Part shown: in pieces, positions 13,903-27,874 of the stretch
Numbering within the stretch: the stretch's first letter is position 1
Layout of the letters: each line of letters begins with the position of its first letter
Source: Camelus dromedarius
Taxonomy: Eukaryota
Length of the DNA stretch: 64,000 bases
NCBI RefSeq assembly: GCF_036321535.1
Contig: NC_087437.1
Span: 104,100,001-104,164,000, forward strand
Direction: 5' to 3'
The notes under the pieces: generated by a model
The model's input: the letters and a program-made list of their open reading frames with translations, nothing else
The model's database searches: none
What the model was told of the DNA's origin: nothing
Program-made: the position numbers and the translations under genes

Positions 13903-16796
13903 GTCTCATTGAATGATTGTTGTTTTCAGGGTTGGTTTGTTTGGTTTTATTTTTTCCAATGTTGCACATTGTTTCATTCCACTACACTTAATGCCAAGAG
14001 CTTTAGATTTCTAATCCCCTGCCTAGGTTTATCTGACAACATCCAATTTTGCAAATCAGCTTAAAAAAAATGTTCAAGATAGGATTCCAGAAAAAGAACT
14101 TCAGTAGTTATGAATCCTGGACTTCTACACCCCAGACTAGACTGCCTGGACTTTACGACAGTCAGTACATTTGTGAAATGACGCAGATTGCAGTCAACTA
14201 ATACCCTTGGTAGTCAGTCCTGTACGGGTCATTTGTTTTTGACCAAAATATGGGAACTTGATCCATACTAAATTTTAACTGCGTTTCTTAGCACCATCAG
14301 CTTTGCCACCAAAACTCTTTTTAAATCATGGTTCTGATTTTTATTTTATAGAATATCTTTTAGCATACACCACTCCTATGCTTTATTCTATCATTAAAGC
14401 ACATACACATACAAACAGTGAATTAAGCATTGTCTGTTAGAAAACTCCTAACTTTTTTTATATTCAGAGAAAAATCTGTAAAAAGAAAAACTAAATAACA
14501 CAAGCAGCCACTTTTATTTTTTGGAACTTTTTATTGACTTTTATTTGTTTTTATTAGAACTTATCTTAAGCAACGACTGAATTAGTAAATTTGCCATGCA
14601 CTCTTCTCATTTGCATTTTTGAGATTTTCTTATAAGATTATGTGTTACTACTCTGATAACTAACTCAGTACATTCTTTTAAAACTTTAGTAGATTTTTTT
14701 CACAGAAAACTAATCAAACAACTTACTGCACACTGAAAAGATGAAAACCAGGCAACCAGTGAACAAAAAATTTTATCATTCTCTATTCAATCATTTCCTT
14801 CAATACTTTTCCTATAATAGATGTTTAAGAAATGTTTTTCTGAGTGTTTATCTGTTTAGTGTATTGTTCACTTAAGTCTCCTCTACTTGGTACTTGAAAA
14901 TGGGTGGTAATAGGAATGATGCATGCACAATTTGGATCTGGTGAAATTCTGATAGTATTCAACGAATAATTAAATACACTTCATATAATTTAGGCTGAAA
15001 CTATGTCAGATGAGTAATTAAAATTTCCTCATCAACATATACAAACTTAATACAGTTGTATTAAGTTGTATTATTTTTAAAGGATTTTTATTTTTTTAGG
15101 TTTATGGCTTGCACTATTACAAAGAAAATCTGATACTTTGTGTTATTAAATCTTGTCACAAATAAAAATTAGCAGAGATATCTCTATTTGCTTTCTAGAG
15201 CTATTGTATTACTGATAAAATGGAATAAATATTTGGACAAATTCACTTAGGTGGGATATAGTTTTGAATTAACAAAACAATAATGGGATCACAATATTAC
15301 AAAAATTTTTTTTAAGATGGGTAGTTTTTTTTTTTTTTTTAGGATAAAAAGCTCTTCTGTGTGTTTTTAGCAAATGAGGACAGCTACTAGGACTAATGCT
15401 TTGCTCTGCATTTTTCTTTAGTCATATGCTCTCTTAAAATAGGTCATTGTTACAAATGAGACCTATGTTGGTTATTTGTCATATAAACAGAAGGGTCAAG
15501 ATGTGCTGACATTAATTGGAAAAAGATATCCATGCCTTCTTCTCTGAGATCAATTTATATGTTGTCATTTTCCCAGAATAGCCACCTTAATCATCGCCTA
15601 CAGAAAATACTCACCTGCTAATTTCAAAAGATATATTCAACCTAAGCAGTGACTTATAGTGCTATTTTTAAAACAGACTGTCATTTTTAGACATATTAAT
15701 CATGTTTATTGATTGTAAGAACCCAAGGTGCACTAGGGCAATTTAATGCACACCATTGAAATAGAACAAATTCAGTCATGGCCTACACATTGCCAGACTC
15801 TGCGAACATTACACCACAGCAAAGGACCAGGACTTGGCCAGGACAAAATGTGACCACCCTCAAAGGCCAAAAATCATATATTTGAAGTCAGAATCTGAAA
15901 AGTGACTTATTCATTGTGCTTATGGGATAGCATGAGCTTAATAAATACGAAATGTATGTAGTTTTCTGCATACCAGTATATATCGAGTTTATAAATTCAA
16001 CATAAAAATTTTACTATCAACTTGTATAAAGATAGAGACATATTTGTTATGTGCTATTTAAACTGTACAATGTATATGTATATGTATATATATTAGCTCT
16101 AATTAATATAAATAGATAGACTAGACCAGCTCTAGACAAGAGAATCAAAAAGATGAAAAATTTCAGCTATTATATTCTGATGGGACCATGGATAAAGAAA
16201 AGCCTAGGCAAGATTTTGTCTTAAAATTTCTATCATAAGATTTATCATTAAAAATCATAGTATGCACATTTACACCCTGAGAGCTGTTTTGGTGGCAATT
16301 TAATATAATTGTACTAGTTCTCATCTATGCTAGTAATGCATAGTACAATGCATGGTTACAATGTCCAAAATAAATTCACTTTAACATGAATTGTAGTGAA
16401 TTATAATTTTTCACTATGTGAAATGACTGCCTCTAGTACCCTTTTCTCTACATTTGTGGAAAGAACATCATAAGAATATTGAGGCACATGTATAGAGGGC
16501 TACATTGTGTATATGTTCATCAACTGTGTAAGTTTTTACTTGTTCGCTAAATTTAAATGTCATTTATAGCAAGAAAAATCTTCATTCATTATTTCACTGG
16601 CCTAATGCTTTCTTTTCTTATTAACATGTATACAGACTTTTAGATATGTAATTATATATTTTCACTGTTTTTATTTCAAATTCCTAATATTAATACAATA
16701 ATTATGTAATGTTCTTCTGGGATAAAGTACAATAATACATACCATTGAATCCATAGTGTTGAAACTAAGATCATGTACACTGAACTATTTTGTGTT

Positions 16797-17143
16797 TTAT
16801 TTTTTAAATTTATATTTATTGAGGTATAATTGACACACGTTACACTAGTCTTAGGTGTAGGAGTCAATGGCTAAGTATTGTATATGCTGCAAAATGATCA
16901 CCATAGTCTAGTGAACATCCATCCCCTAACTAAATTACAATTTTTTTCTTGTGAAGAGAACTTTTAAAATTTACTCTCCTAGCAACTTTCAAATATGTAG
17001 TACAGTATTATTAATCATAGCTGTCATGCTGCACATTACAACCCCATGATGTATTTATTTTACAACTAGAAGTTTGTACCGTTGACTCCCTCCACACATT
17101 TTGCTTATCTACCCCCAACCACCGCCTCTGGCAACCACCAATA
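16797..17143 (-). mobile_element. L1MA-like 3' end fragment
   Basis: 'tttattgaggtataattgaca', 'tagcaactttcaaatatg', 'cctctggcaaccacc' are typical antisense L1 3'UTR motifs. Confidence 0.85.
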
Positions 17144-18019
17144 ATCTTGAAATATTTTAAATTTTGCATAACACAATTATCTGTGAATATTAAGTTTTTC
17201 TTATCTTCTTAATTTATTCTATGAATTTGTAACAATGAGATGTCCAAATCTTGTCATACGATAAAACTTTTAGCCCCCAAATTATCTTACTACATTGCTT
17301 TTTGTGGGATCTGAGATTATTGGCAATGAAAATGTACTAAACTTTTTACTGGGACAATGAATCACTCCAGTGCTAGATGCCATTTAATTTATAACATTCT
17401 TTCTATTTCTATTTATTTCCTACAATGACTTTTTCTTTTGTTACTGATAATAAATCTTTTGATTATTTACGTTTGGTTAACAACCATATTTATTCTGAAT
17501 TTGAATAAATTTCTATTAAAATATTTCCAAATTATCTATCAGATCTAGCAAAAGTATTTCCCAACTCCTCAAACTTAAATTTTAGTTTTTATGATTTTAT
17601 TGAATCAAAATTTCAAGTGGGTTTGTACCTGTAACTGCCAGTATTTCTCTGTAAGATAATTTAATTGCATTAGAAGACTGTAAAGATATGACAGAATAAA
17701 TAATCTGTTAGTAAATTTCTGACCAGAAATTTCTGCGCTGTTAAATCTGAGTTATGGGAGTGATACAAATGAGTAATAATGGCATGTGTATTCTTATTTA
17801 TCATAAATATTGTTACACTTTTGCTTAATGTTATATATTGTCTATTGTTAATTACTGATTTAGATTGCTTTCTCTTCATTTTAATGGTGAGTTCCTTTTA
17901 TAATTTATCTATTAACTTTACTATGTATATACTGTGTACATTTTATTTTATGATGATGCATTAATTAATTATGAGTAGTTTTCTATTATATAAATTATTA
18001 CCAAAAATATAATTCTAAT

Positions 18020-18260
18020 ATCTAGTGTAGCACACTGATAAAGAGTTTGGGTTCTTTAATTACACTGCCTATGTTTTAAACTGAACTCCAGAATTTAGCG
18101 TCATGTGATGTTGTGAAAACTACTAAACATCTCATGACTCAGATTCCATCCCACTAAAATGAAAAAGATGACATAACTGTTCCATGAGATCAATCATGTG
18201 AGTTTTAAATATGTCAGTATATACTAAGCACTTAGACTAATACCTGACATGTAGTTATCA
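18020..18260 (+). mobile_element. MIR SINE
   Basis: MIR core-like 'gactcagattccatcccactaaaatgaaa' and 3' 'aagcacttagactaatacctgacatgtag'. Confidence 0.7.
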
Positions 18261-19109
18261 TCACTTAAAGCATGTGTCACACGTATCATTTAAATTTTTC
18301 CTATAGTAGCGATGTTACTATAAAACAAACATTTGAATAGAAAGAGAAATTTAAATCAAATATTAAACACTGTATTTTCATGTTGGTTATTTTAGTGAAC
18401 TTTACTTTCCTCTCTAACAGTTTTATTACTAAAATATACCTGAAGGTACGTCTTTGATCTCATTTAATGCATGATTGCACTAAAATCTGGTTATATGATA
18501 AATATAGACCAAAATATTACAGATATAGTTATCTATCAGGAGTTAACAAAATCATCTTAATAAAACAAATTGAAAAGCAAAGGTGCAACTGATTGGAATT
18601 TAGTATCTAAAATGCAACAAGAGTATCAATGGTAAACATGGCCAACTCAAAACAAAATCTTTATTATACCAGTTTGCTGATGTGTTTTAGGATATTTTCA
18701 ACATTATTTAGCTGACACTCTTCTCAGTATATTAATAATACAGAATTTATTTTATACCTTTAATGCAAGATTTAATGAATCTTAATAACTCACTAATAAG
18801 TTAACTAGTATATAATTTTTAGTCTTAAATGAAAATGTCTGTAGAATTATAATTATCCAATAGTTCAGATGTAAATTTCCATTTTGGACCATCCTGTATC
18901 TAACTCTGTGAGCTTCAAGAATGATGTGCAATCATTATTGCCCCCTTTTTTCTGTTCCATAAAGATTGGAAGCTCTGCTGCTCCTAACTGGCACAAAGGG
19001 AACTTTATAAGCCAGTGGGTACCCAAGTCTTATGATTTCTAAGTTCCTTTCCATCTCTCAGATCCCATAGAATTCTCCATCAACCTTCTTCCTCAAAGTC
19101 TCTAAAACC

Positions 19110-20520
19110 AACTCATTGCTGATATGGAGAAAGTTTTAGCAGGATGGGTAGAAGGTCAAACGAGCCACAACATTCCCTCAAGCCAAAGCCAAAGCTAGAG
19201 CAAGGCTCTAACTCTCTGCAATTCTACAAAGCTTGAGGGTAATGAGGAAGCTTCAGAAGAATAGTCCAAAGCAGCAGAGGGAGGTTCATGAGGTTTAAGA
19301 AAAGAAAATGTCTCCAGAAAACCGAAGTACAAAGTGAAGCACCAAATGCTGATGCAGAAGCTGTAGCAAGTTATCCAGAAGGTCTAGCTAAGATTATTAA
19401 TGAAGGTGGCTACATCAAACAACAGGTTTTCAATGTAGCTGGCATGATCTTCTATTAGAAAAAGATGCTACCTAGGACTTTCATAGCTAGAGAAGAGAAG
19501 TCAATGCCTGGCTTCAAAGCTTCAAAGGACACACTGTCTCTCCTGTTAGGGACTAATACAGCAGGTGACCTTAAGTTGAAGGTAATGTTTAATTACCATT
19601 TCAAAAAACCTAGAGCCCTCAAGAATTATGCTAAATTAATTATGCTTGTGTTCTATAAGTGGAACAACAAAATCTGGATGACAATACATCTGTTTGTAAC
19701 ATAGTGTACTGAATAGTTTAAGCCCCCTGTTCAGACTTACTGCCCAGAAAAACAACCCCTTTCAAAATATGACTGCTTAATTACAAAGCACCTGCTCACT
19801 CAAGAGTTCTAATGGAGACATACAATTAGATTGATGTTGTTTTCATGCTTGCTAATGCAACATCCATTCTGAATCCCATGGATCAAGGGGTAATTTTGAC
19901 TCTCAAGTCTTATTATTTAAGAAATATATTTTGTAAGGTTATGACTTCCATTGATAGATTCCTCTGATGGATCTGGGCAAAGTCAATTTAAACCTTCCTG
20001 GAAATGCTTCCCCATTCTAGATGCCATTAAGAATATTTAAAATTCATGGGAAGAGTTAAAAAAAAAAAAACATTAACATTGACAGGAGTTTGGAAGAAGT
20101 TGATTCCAACCCTCATAGATGACTTTAAGAAGTTCAAGATGTCAGTGAAGGAAGGAACTGCAGATGTGGTAGAAATAGCAAGAGAGCTAGAATGAGAAGT
20201 GGAGCCTGAACACTTAACTGCATTGTTGCACTCTCATGACAAAACTTTCAGGGACGAGGAGCTTCTTCTTTGGACGAGCAAAGAAGGTGGTTTCTTGAGA
20301 TGAAATTTACTCCTGGTGAAGATGCTGTGAGCAATGCTGAAATGACAGCCACCGATTTGGGATATTACATCAACGTAGGTTGATAAAGCAGCAGCAGGGT
20401 TTGAGAGGACTGATCCCAATTTTGAAAGTTCGACTCTAGGTAGAATGCTATCAAACAGCATCACATGCTACAGACAAATTATTTGTGAAAAGAAGAGTCA
20501 ACTGATGTGGCAAGCTGTAT
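19110..20520 (+). pseudogene. Disrupted Tigger1 DDE transposase coding remnant
   Basis: Recognisable transposase peptide pieces broken by stops and frameshifts. N-terminus absent. Confidence 0.85.
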
Positions 20521-20692
20521 TTTTATCTTATATTAAGAAATTGCCACAACCACCCCAGCCTTCAGCCACTACCACCCTGATCAGTCATCAGCATCAGTCA
20601 GCAGCCATCAGCACCTAGGCAAGACCATCAGCCAGCAAAGAGATTATGACCTACTGAAGGTTTGGATGATTTTTTAGCAATAAAGTATTTTT

Positions 20693-21111
20693 TTTGTTTT
20701 GTTTTATGCCCTTAATTTTTTGTTGTTTTATTGTTTCATTCAGGAGCATTTACAGAGCATTTAATATTAGTTACAAATAAGGCAGGTTGTAGGAACAAAG
20801 ATGAGAAAAATGTGATTTTAGTTTTTTGCCCCAGAGTTTTCAGTCGAACAGATGTAAATAGGCAAATAAGTAATCACAATGTGGTATATGATTTATGTTT
20901 CTATCACATCCTCTAAATCTGAGTCAAAAGATAGCAACCCTTAATTAATGAATCACTGATAACATTGTAAGTGCTAAAAGACATGGCTTGCTCTAACAAA
21001 TTTTGGTTCATAACTGAGAATTTAAAGCATGTGATTATAGGTTGTGTTTTCCTTTTTTCTTTTTTTTCTTTTCTTTTTTATTGATTTATGTTTAAAAAAC
21101 CTTTTTTTTTT
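20693..21111 (-). mobile_element. TSD-flanked polyadenylated insertion (probable L1 orphan 3' transduction) containing an L2-like fragment
   Basis: 16-bp TSD gcaataaagtattttt at 20677-20692 and 21112-21127. Two minus-strand AATAAA plus A-tract units. Confidence 0.75.
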
Positions 21112-22804
21112 GCAATAAAGTATTTTTAATTGGAGGTATGTACATTGTTTTCTTAGACACAATGCTATCGCACCCTTAGTAGACTATATTGTAAATATAA
21201 CTTTTATATGAACTGAGAAACCAAAACAATTGTGTGACTGGCATTATTACAATATGTGCTTCATTGGGATAGTTGGGAACTGAACCTGCAATATCTCTGA
21301 GGTATGCCTGTAAGATCTAGATTATGTTGTATCTGGATAATACTGTTGATCTCTATAATGTATGACCCAGAGACTCCTCTTAGTGTGGAATTTGGCTCAC
21401 AATAACTAAATTTCACATGAGAAAGAAGTAGACTAAAAAAATGTAAATTTGTAATCAGAAATCAGAGTCAGAAACCAGGATATCTGAAGATCATATGATT
21501 ATTTTAACATCTTGCTATCATCTGGTGACTTGGTAATCCACTTGAAAATAAGGTAGTTAGATTTGGTTAGGACTAAAAAGAATTTATACTATATCATATG
21601 TTGATTTCAGATTATTGATGTTTTAAGTATTCCACAATTCTTCATTAAGAATTTCTCCAGCTATAAAATTTGTTCTGAGTTTTTCTTTAGTTTTGCTAAG
21701 GAAATCAGAATAGTGTCATCCATTTGGTGGGATTCTACTTTCTCACAGTATTGCTCTGATGTTCACAAAGTTCTATATTGGCATCTTCCCACAATAATTC
21801 TTCTCTTGCTAAGTTCTTTCCCCCTATTTTTAGTGCTTTTAATTTTTTTACATCAAAACATCCTAACATAGACTAATAAGGAAACATTAAAAAATCACAT
21901 ATTTGCCACTTATTCTGTAAAACGGTACATTTAGGATGAACATTTTCTTCCACCATGAGCTGATTTTATGGTTTTACTCTCTGATGGCAATATTTTCAAA
22001 TCTTTGGTGAAAAACCTTAATGTCCTTTTGAATGGACAAGAAACACTAGATAAAATTATTATGAGGCAAATAAAATGAGATCATGCAAGTGACAGTACAT
22101 TATAGGCTACAAAGTTGAAAGTAAAGACTATAACTATATGCCATAACCAAAGAAAGTTCTGAGTTTGCATAACATCTGTCAAGCAAGTTGGAACCAATTA
22201 CTATATTCACTATTGGGTTAGTGTGATTGCCACTGCAAAATGGTAATGAAAATGATGGTATTCTAATGAACATTATATAGCTTCTTAGCATTTAAACCAA
22301 GTGGATATAAACTATATGTAATAAAAATACAAATTATCTGACACAACAAAATCAAAACTTTCTGGAATTTAAAATTTCCAATATCAATTAGCAATGTTTT
22401 CCTTGCAATGGTACATTTTGATATAATATAGTCAAACTTCCATACTTCAGCCTCACATCCACACAATTTGATCAAATAAATCTTTTTATTCTGTTCCTTT
22501 TAATTAAAAGATAACAAACAATGAACTATGCATTCAGAAAATAAAGAAATGCAAGTTAGGGAAAATAAGAAGGAAGGAATTGTTAGATTAATCAGTTTGG
22601 ATGAAGCAAGCCATTCCCTTTCTAATGATCCTTCAGTACATTGTGACAATTATCACAAGAATGTTAAAAAATCTAAAAAATTTTAAAATGTAAAAAAAAA
22701 ATCTATTCTCTATTCTCTGATATATAGTGATTATAGAAATTACTTATGTTGCTTATAAAATGGTAAGCAATGAATACACACACACACAGAGATACATACA
22801 TATA

Positions 22805-22965
22805 TTTGTAATCCTGACAGAAATCTACTGAGGTAAATTCTACTATTATATCTATTTTACATACAGGAAACCTAAAGTACAGATAGATAAAGTAGCTTGT
22901 CCTGAACACAGCCAAAATTTGAATCTAGGAAATTTGGCTGTACTGCTCAGACCTTAAATCCCATA
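22805..22965 (-). mobile_element. MIR SINE fragment
   Basis: 'ctattttacatacaggaaacctaaagtacaga...tttgaatctagg' is the antisense MIR core. Confidence 0.65.
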
Positions 22966-23749
22966 TTAACTGGTTTGAAAACCGTTCATAACAAGACCAC
23001 TTAAAATCACGTTACCTTTCTTTCTTCAAACTCTCCATCATAACAACTGGTTGAACTACACTAGCTTCTTCTTCTTCGTTTTTTTTTTAAGGTCTTTGAA
23101 ATCAAGGTGGACATTATTTTTTTAATCTTCCTATTTCAAGTGCCTACAGTTATCTCCCGGTGCATAATTGGTTCTAAATGCGTGTTTGATAAGAGAAAGA
23201 ATTCTATTTCCAAATTGGTATGTCTTTACTACATTTCTAACTTCATCTTAAGATGTCTTTTGGTTTATTCATCAAAGGCTTGGTTAAACTTTTTTTCCAG
23301 ACTTATTATTACTCAAAACTTCATTAGGTCTCACAGTGTTTCCTACATGCTCAATATTCTCCAGGATTCTGAATACTTTTCTAGAGCAGTATTTTTACAT
23401 TGTATTGACTTTTATATTTGTACAACCATATCCCCACCAGGCTGCTTTCATGCAGGCAAGTCATCACTTATCTACTTTTGTAGCCCCAGTATCTAATAAA
23501 GTGCTTAATATGTAATAGTGGTAACTACCTAAAGAGTTCTGCAACTTATTTGCCTTCAGCGGTAAGGCGTGAAATTTAATATTGATGTAGATGAAACTCT
23601 GTATATTAAATACTTACATCTATTTTAAGATACATAATTATTTCTAATTTGTAAGAAATGCATAAGAGGAACAAAAAATGAAGCTCAGAATTTAGTAAAG
23701 AGAGTAATTCCTTAAAGAAGCTATAAACCATAGTGATTTTGGCAGGGTG

Positions 23750-23945
23750 TCATTGGGTAGTGGAAAGAATAGGTTTTAAAGTTATAATTGTGATCACCCT
23801 GCCATTTGCAAATTGTACCTTTGGCCAAGGCACCATATTGCTTAGACTTAGTTTTGCATTTTGCAGATAACTATGCATATTTATAAGGTTGTTTTAAGGG
23901 TGAACTGAAATATATGTGAAAGAGCTTTGCAAAATGTCAGTATAG
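23750..23945 (+). mobile_element. MIR SINE fragment
   Basis: 'ccctgccatttgcaaattgtacctttggccaag...agacttagttttgcattttgcag'. Confidence 0.6.
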
Positions 23946-24014
23946 AAGTTCAACCAAAACTAAGTAAAGTATAAGACCTCAAGCTGCCGCAGCCTCAGTG
24001 CATACATTAAAACC

Positions 24015-24306
24015 ATGGCTTTACACATTTTTGGCTGTGAAGTACATTACAACATGGTGTGTATTATAATTTTATATGTTAATAATATAATAATCCTGTA
24101 TTTTTGGACTGATATATATGCAAAATATACATGTATCATTTCACAAAATAGTGCTTTTGTTTGACTACCATGAACTTTGATTTATTCTATTCTATTATCA
24201 TATTCTATGATATTCATCTTTCATTCAAAAGTGTTATTTGAGACACAACTAAATAATTATTTTTCTACTCACAAATGAGTCAAATCCCAGAGTTTGACAG
24301 CCACTG
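24015..24306. mobile_element. Possible non-autonomous hAT-Charlie-type DNA transposon remnant
   Basis: Termini 'catggctttacac' and 'gtttgacagccactg' resemble degenerate inverted repeats. Confidence 0.3.
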
Positions 24307-24479
24307 TATGACAGTCCCAGCTTACTTTGTAGAATGCAATGGTGATATCATGGGAAAGAAGGATTTCTATGAATTATGAAAATTAGTTTGGTAGCCATTA
24401 AGAAAATTCAAGAGTGTTCTGTTTTTTCCTTTTTTTGCACAATCATTAAAACTGAACTTACCTACCCTATTTATAGTTA

Positions 24480-25100
24480 ATCAAGCCTATGAGTTTTACT
24501 TTGGTTAAAAACCATGGAAAAAAAATGACATGTTTCACTTCTAGATAGAGTCACTAAGAAGCTGTAAAATTCCTCACCTTGTCCTCCTACAGCATGATGA
24601 GTCTCTATGTTCCCTGTGATAAACCTATTAGCTTTGTTCTCAGAGTAAGAACATATGGGCCCAATACCAGATGGTTCCTATAGGACATGTAGCATGAATA
24701 AGAAACAAACATCTTTTCCTGACTGATGAAAAAATTGAGGGTCATATTGTGCTGATACAGCGAAACCAAGTCACTTAGCTTGGCATGCTATTCACATGGA
24801 GATAAATAAACTCTTACTGGATGTTAAAATAACACAGGCCTGTGCTACATAGTGGTGCATATATATTTTTAATATAACCTGCAGAAACTCAGAAGGCAGA
24901 TCATCTACTTAACACACTTGTAGTGCTAGGACAAAGAGTTGGAAATTAGAATGTTTGTAGGGTGTGTTCTCTGCTGTGGCTTCATTTGATGTTAATCATC
25001 CTGAAGCAGGAATAAAAGAGGAAAAGAGAGGGTACATAAATTCAGAAAATGCAGTGCTGCAAGAGACCTCTACTGCTTAACCCCTAAGGGAAATGATAAG
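24480..25100 (+). mobile_element. Decayed MaLR LTR plus internal remnant (MLT1-like)
   Basis: 'ggacatgtagcatgaataagaaacaaacatc' is an MLT1-like 3' LTR motif. Confidence 0.4.
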
Positions 25101-25124
25101 CCTTTTAGGATCTTAACAACAAAA

Positions 25125-25370
25125 ACATCTGTATTTTTCCTGCTTTGGGACTTGAACTGAATCATAGGCTCTTCTTGTGTCTCAAGTCTGTCTATATTCA
25201 GATGAGAATCACACCATTGGTTCTGAACTCTGAACCAGTACTGGAACTAAACCATTTGCTCTCCTGGATCCCCAGCTTGCTGGCTGCCAACTCACCTGCA
25301 GATATATCACTTTCAGCTTCCATAATCATATAAACCTATTCCTTATAGTAATTCTCTTTCTCATATTCTC
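25125..25370 (+). mobile_element. MLT2-like ERVL LTR fragment
   Basis: 'ttgggacttgaactg', 'ctctcctggatccccagcttgc', 'cagcttccataatcat' are MLT2-type motifs. Confidence 0.7.
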
Positions 25371-25413
25371 TCTTTCTCTCCCTCTCTCTCTATCTATCTA
25401 CCTACACACACAC

Positions 25414-25446
<33 letters not shown>

Positions 25447-25548
25447 TAACATATATACATATATAGAGATACAGTTATAGATATATCTCCACATCTATTA
25501 TATATAATAAGACTATATATATCACATATCATATATATATATATATAA
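25366..25548. repeat. Compound microsatellite (TC)n/(CA)n/(TA)n/(GA)n
   Basis: Directly visible dinucleotide runs. Confidence 0.9.
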
Positions 25549-26633
25549 AATACAGAACAAATACATCTGACTAATAGACCATCCAATCATTTCCATTGCA
25601 ATACAAAGCATTCCATTTCTTCTAATACTTGATAGATTCAAAATGCAAGCAATGTATACACACAAGTAATTTATGAAGAAAGAAGCATGGCTGCAAGAAA
25701 TAAACAATGGTTCTATCTGGCACAATGGAAGGGATCAGAGAAAGAACTAAACTTCAGTGAGAAAACTGGTCTGTTGTTTCACCCATTCACATCATCCCAT
25801 CTAGGAGTTGATGACATTCTGACAGTGGGGAGGAAAAGTAAAAGGGGCAGAAAAAGTAAGTGTGAAGGAAATGACTATGGGTCATAGCCATATAGTTTAT
25901 GGATAACTATAAAGTTTTTGATAATTACAAAGTTTCTTCTTTTACTGCCTTGTACAAGTGTAATGATACTAAGAGTTTTAAAGGTTCTGAATTTAAAACG
26001 TATTCTGTATTAACACACAATACGGGAGTATTCCCAATTTAACATGACATGATCTATGGAAAAGGTGGGAAAGCTATGTCAAAATTCTGACAATCATGTC
26101 TTCTTCACTAAATACTTGTGGGATCTTGAAAAGATATATTTTTTTTATGTCTGACATAATAGATCTACAAAAGTAGGAAATGAGATTCATTATTCATACT
26201 TCCTACTTGTGTTTTATGTGTAAGTTGTTTATAATTTTTATTGCTAGGCAATATTCTAATTGTCACTATATCATTATTTGTTTATTCATTTCTTCATCTC
26301 CTGTTCATGAACTTTTGGATGATTTCCATATTCTTGTTATTATTTTATATATATTTTAAATATAAAATATATTTAAAATTTTATCACTCTGCAATAAGAG
26401 AAGGTTTTGTGCTGACAGAGTTACAGCATTATCTCAAAATGGAAAATAAAGAAAAGGTATTTTTAAAAATTTAGGTCCTAGGCTGGTTTATTTTAAATCA
26501 GGCTTTGCAAGGTAGGAAACTGAAAGAGATCATGCACAGTTTGGGACATAATGGCTTTGGAATTATAAGAAGAGTGAAGAGAAAGTTTTGAAGCAAATCT
26601 TAATGAGCAAAACTTACCAAGGGACATCTAGGT

Positions 26634-26950
26634 GTGTTGACTATTTACGCCCCCAAAATCATTAGCATAAATGTTAATTAAACAAAGCACAGCTTATTAA
26701 ACTTGCAATAGTAAAGTGGGACATCAAATTAACATCTTGGGTCTCAAAATGGAAAATTAGGGCAGCATGTTATTAAAGTTCTAGAAGTTGGCCTAGCTGT
26801 TTTTTGAGATCTTTGAGGTCTTGCAAAATGAAGAAATAGTTATAATTGAGTAGAGTTTATAACATCATAGCTTTGAGTTTGTGCTCACAGCAAGGAGAGG
26901 GACTCGAAGCAAGTCCAGATTAGCAAACAATTACTCTTGAATAAGTAAGT
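26634..26950 (-). mobile_element. Old ERV1-type LTR 3' part (MER90/MER110-like), probably continuing beyond 27403
   Basis: Minus strand ends 'aataagctgtgctttg...ttgggggcgtaaatagtcaaca'. Confidence 0.35.
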
Positions 26951-26959
26951 TGTTTAGTG

Positions 26960-27403
26960 GATTGATGTGCGTTTGTTGTATACCCCAAAAAGTTATACTT
27001 AAGTCCTAACATCCAGTAGCTGTTAAAGTGAGCTTGTTTGAAAATAGCCTTTACAGATATAATTAGTTAAAATAAAGTCACACTAGATTGAAGTAGACCC
27101 TAATCCAATGACTGGTGTTTTTAGAGGAAGAGAAAAGACACAGACACCAAGAGAGAATACTATGTGACAAATGAAGGCAGAAATTGAAATGATCTATCTT
27201 CAACAAGGAATACCCAGGATTTCCTGCAACCATCAGAAGGAATAAAGAGGTAAGGAGGTCTCCTCCCCTGGAGCCTTCAAAGGGAGCATGATCCTATTTG
27301 ATTTCAGACTTCTGGCCTCCAAAATTTTAAGACAAAAAATTGCTATGGTTTAAAGTCACCCAGCTTGTGGCAATTTGTCTTGGCAGCCCAGGAAATTGAT
27401 ACA
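26960..27403 (+). mobile_element. MaLR solo LTR, MLT1C-like
   Basis: 'aagtcctaac', 'ccctaatccaatgactggtgt', 'gatttcagacttctggcctcca', end 'ggcagcccaggaaattgataca'. Confidence 0.85.
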
Positions 27404-27779
27404 TGAATTCACAGTCTTATCTTCTAGGAGAAGATATGTCTTGGAGAAAGCAGCTAATTTAATTTTCTCAGTTCTAGTCCTGTTTAATATAGGGACAGGA
27501 AAGGATGTCAACAATCAGTATTGTTTAACACAGAGGACAGTTAATTATGTTAGTTTCAATTCTCAGGTACTCCACTTTGTCTTCACAATCAAAATGTAAT
27601 TTACTTCCTAACAAAGTAGTGTATTTATAAATCAAGTATATAAGCACATATTTATAACATATTTAGATGTATATAAATACCTATACACACACATATATAT
27701 TTTTTATTTTACATTCTATGTATATGTTAGCAGGATAAATCTATTTAGATAGATTAATTCATTCAAAAATCTGAAATAT

Positions 27780-27874
27780 ATACGTATGTTCATGTATAAC
27801 TGAAAAATTGTGTTCTGTATTGGAAATTGACACAACATGGTAAACTGACTATAACTCAATAAAATAAAATTTTA
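27780..27874 (+). mobile_element. Very short (~95 bp) young L1 3' tail with TSD
   Basis: Matches 36535-36620. TSD aaaaatctgaaatat (27765-27779) / aaaaatatgaaatat (27875-27889). Confidence 0.85.

Larger units (their letters stand above)
19110..21310 (+). mobile_element. Tigger1 (pogo/Tc1-mariner) DNA transposon, 5'-truncated, decayed transposase, interrupted at 20693-21111
   Basis: ORF 19465-19704 [22 protein letters not shown]... is Tigger1/TIGD1-type transposase. Right TIR 'gcaatatctctgaggtatgcctg' ends at 21310, followed by TA. Confidence 0.95.

Noticed and set aside
15605..15900. Strong minus-strand splice donor (caggtgagta) suggesting an exon
   Set aside because: No matching acceptor or open frame found. 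Isolated donor-like motifs are expected by chance (others near 1555 and 47180).
19465..19704. ORF resembling the domesticated gene TIGD1
   Set aside because: It lies within a truncated Tigger1 copy with multiple stops and frameshifts and a terminal TIR. It is a fossil transposon, not a host gene.
23107..23496. 129-aa ORF, and similar F/L/I-rich ORFs such as 39650-40057 and 59077-59385
   Set aside because: Composition reflects AT-rich non-coding DNA or repeat remnants, with no protein-family signal.
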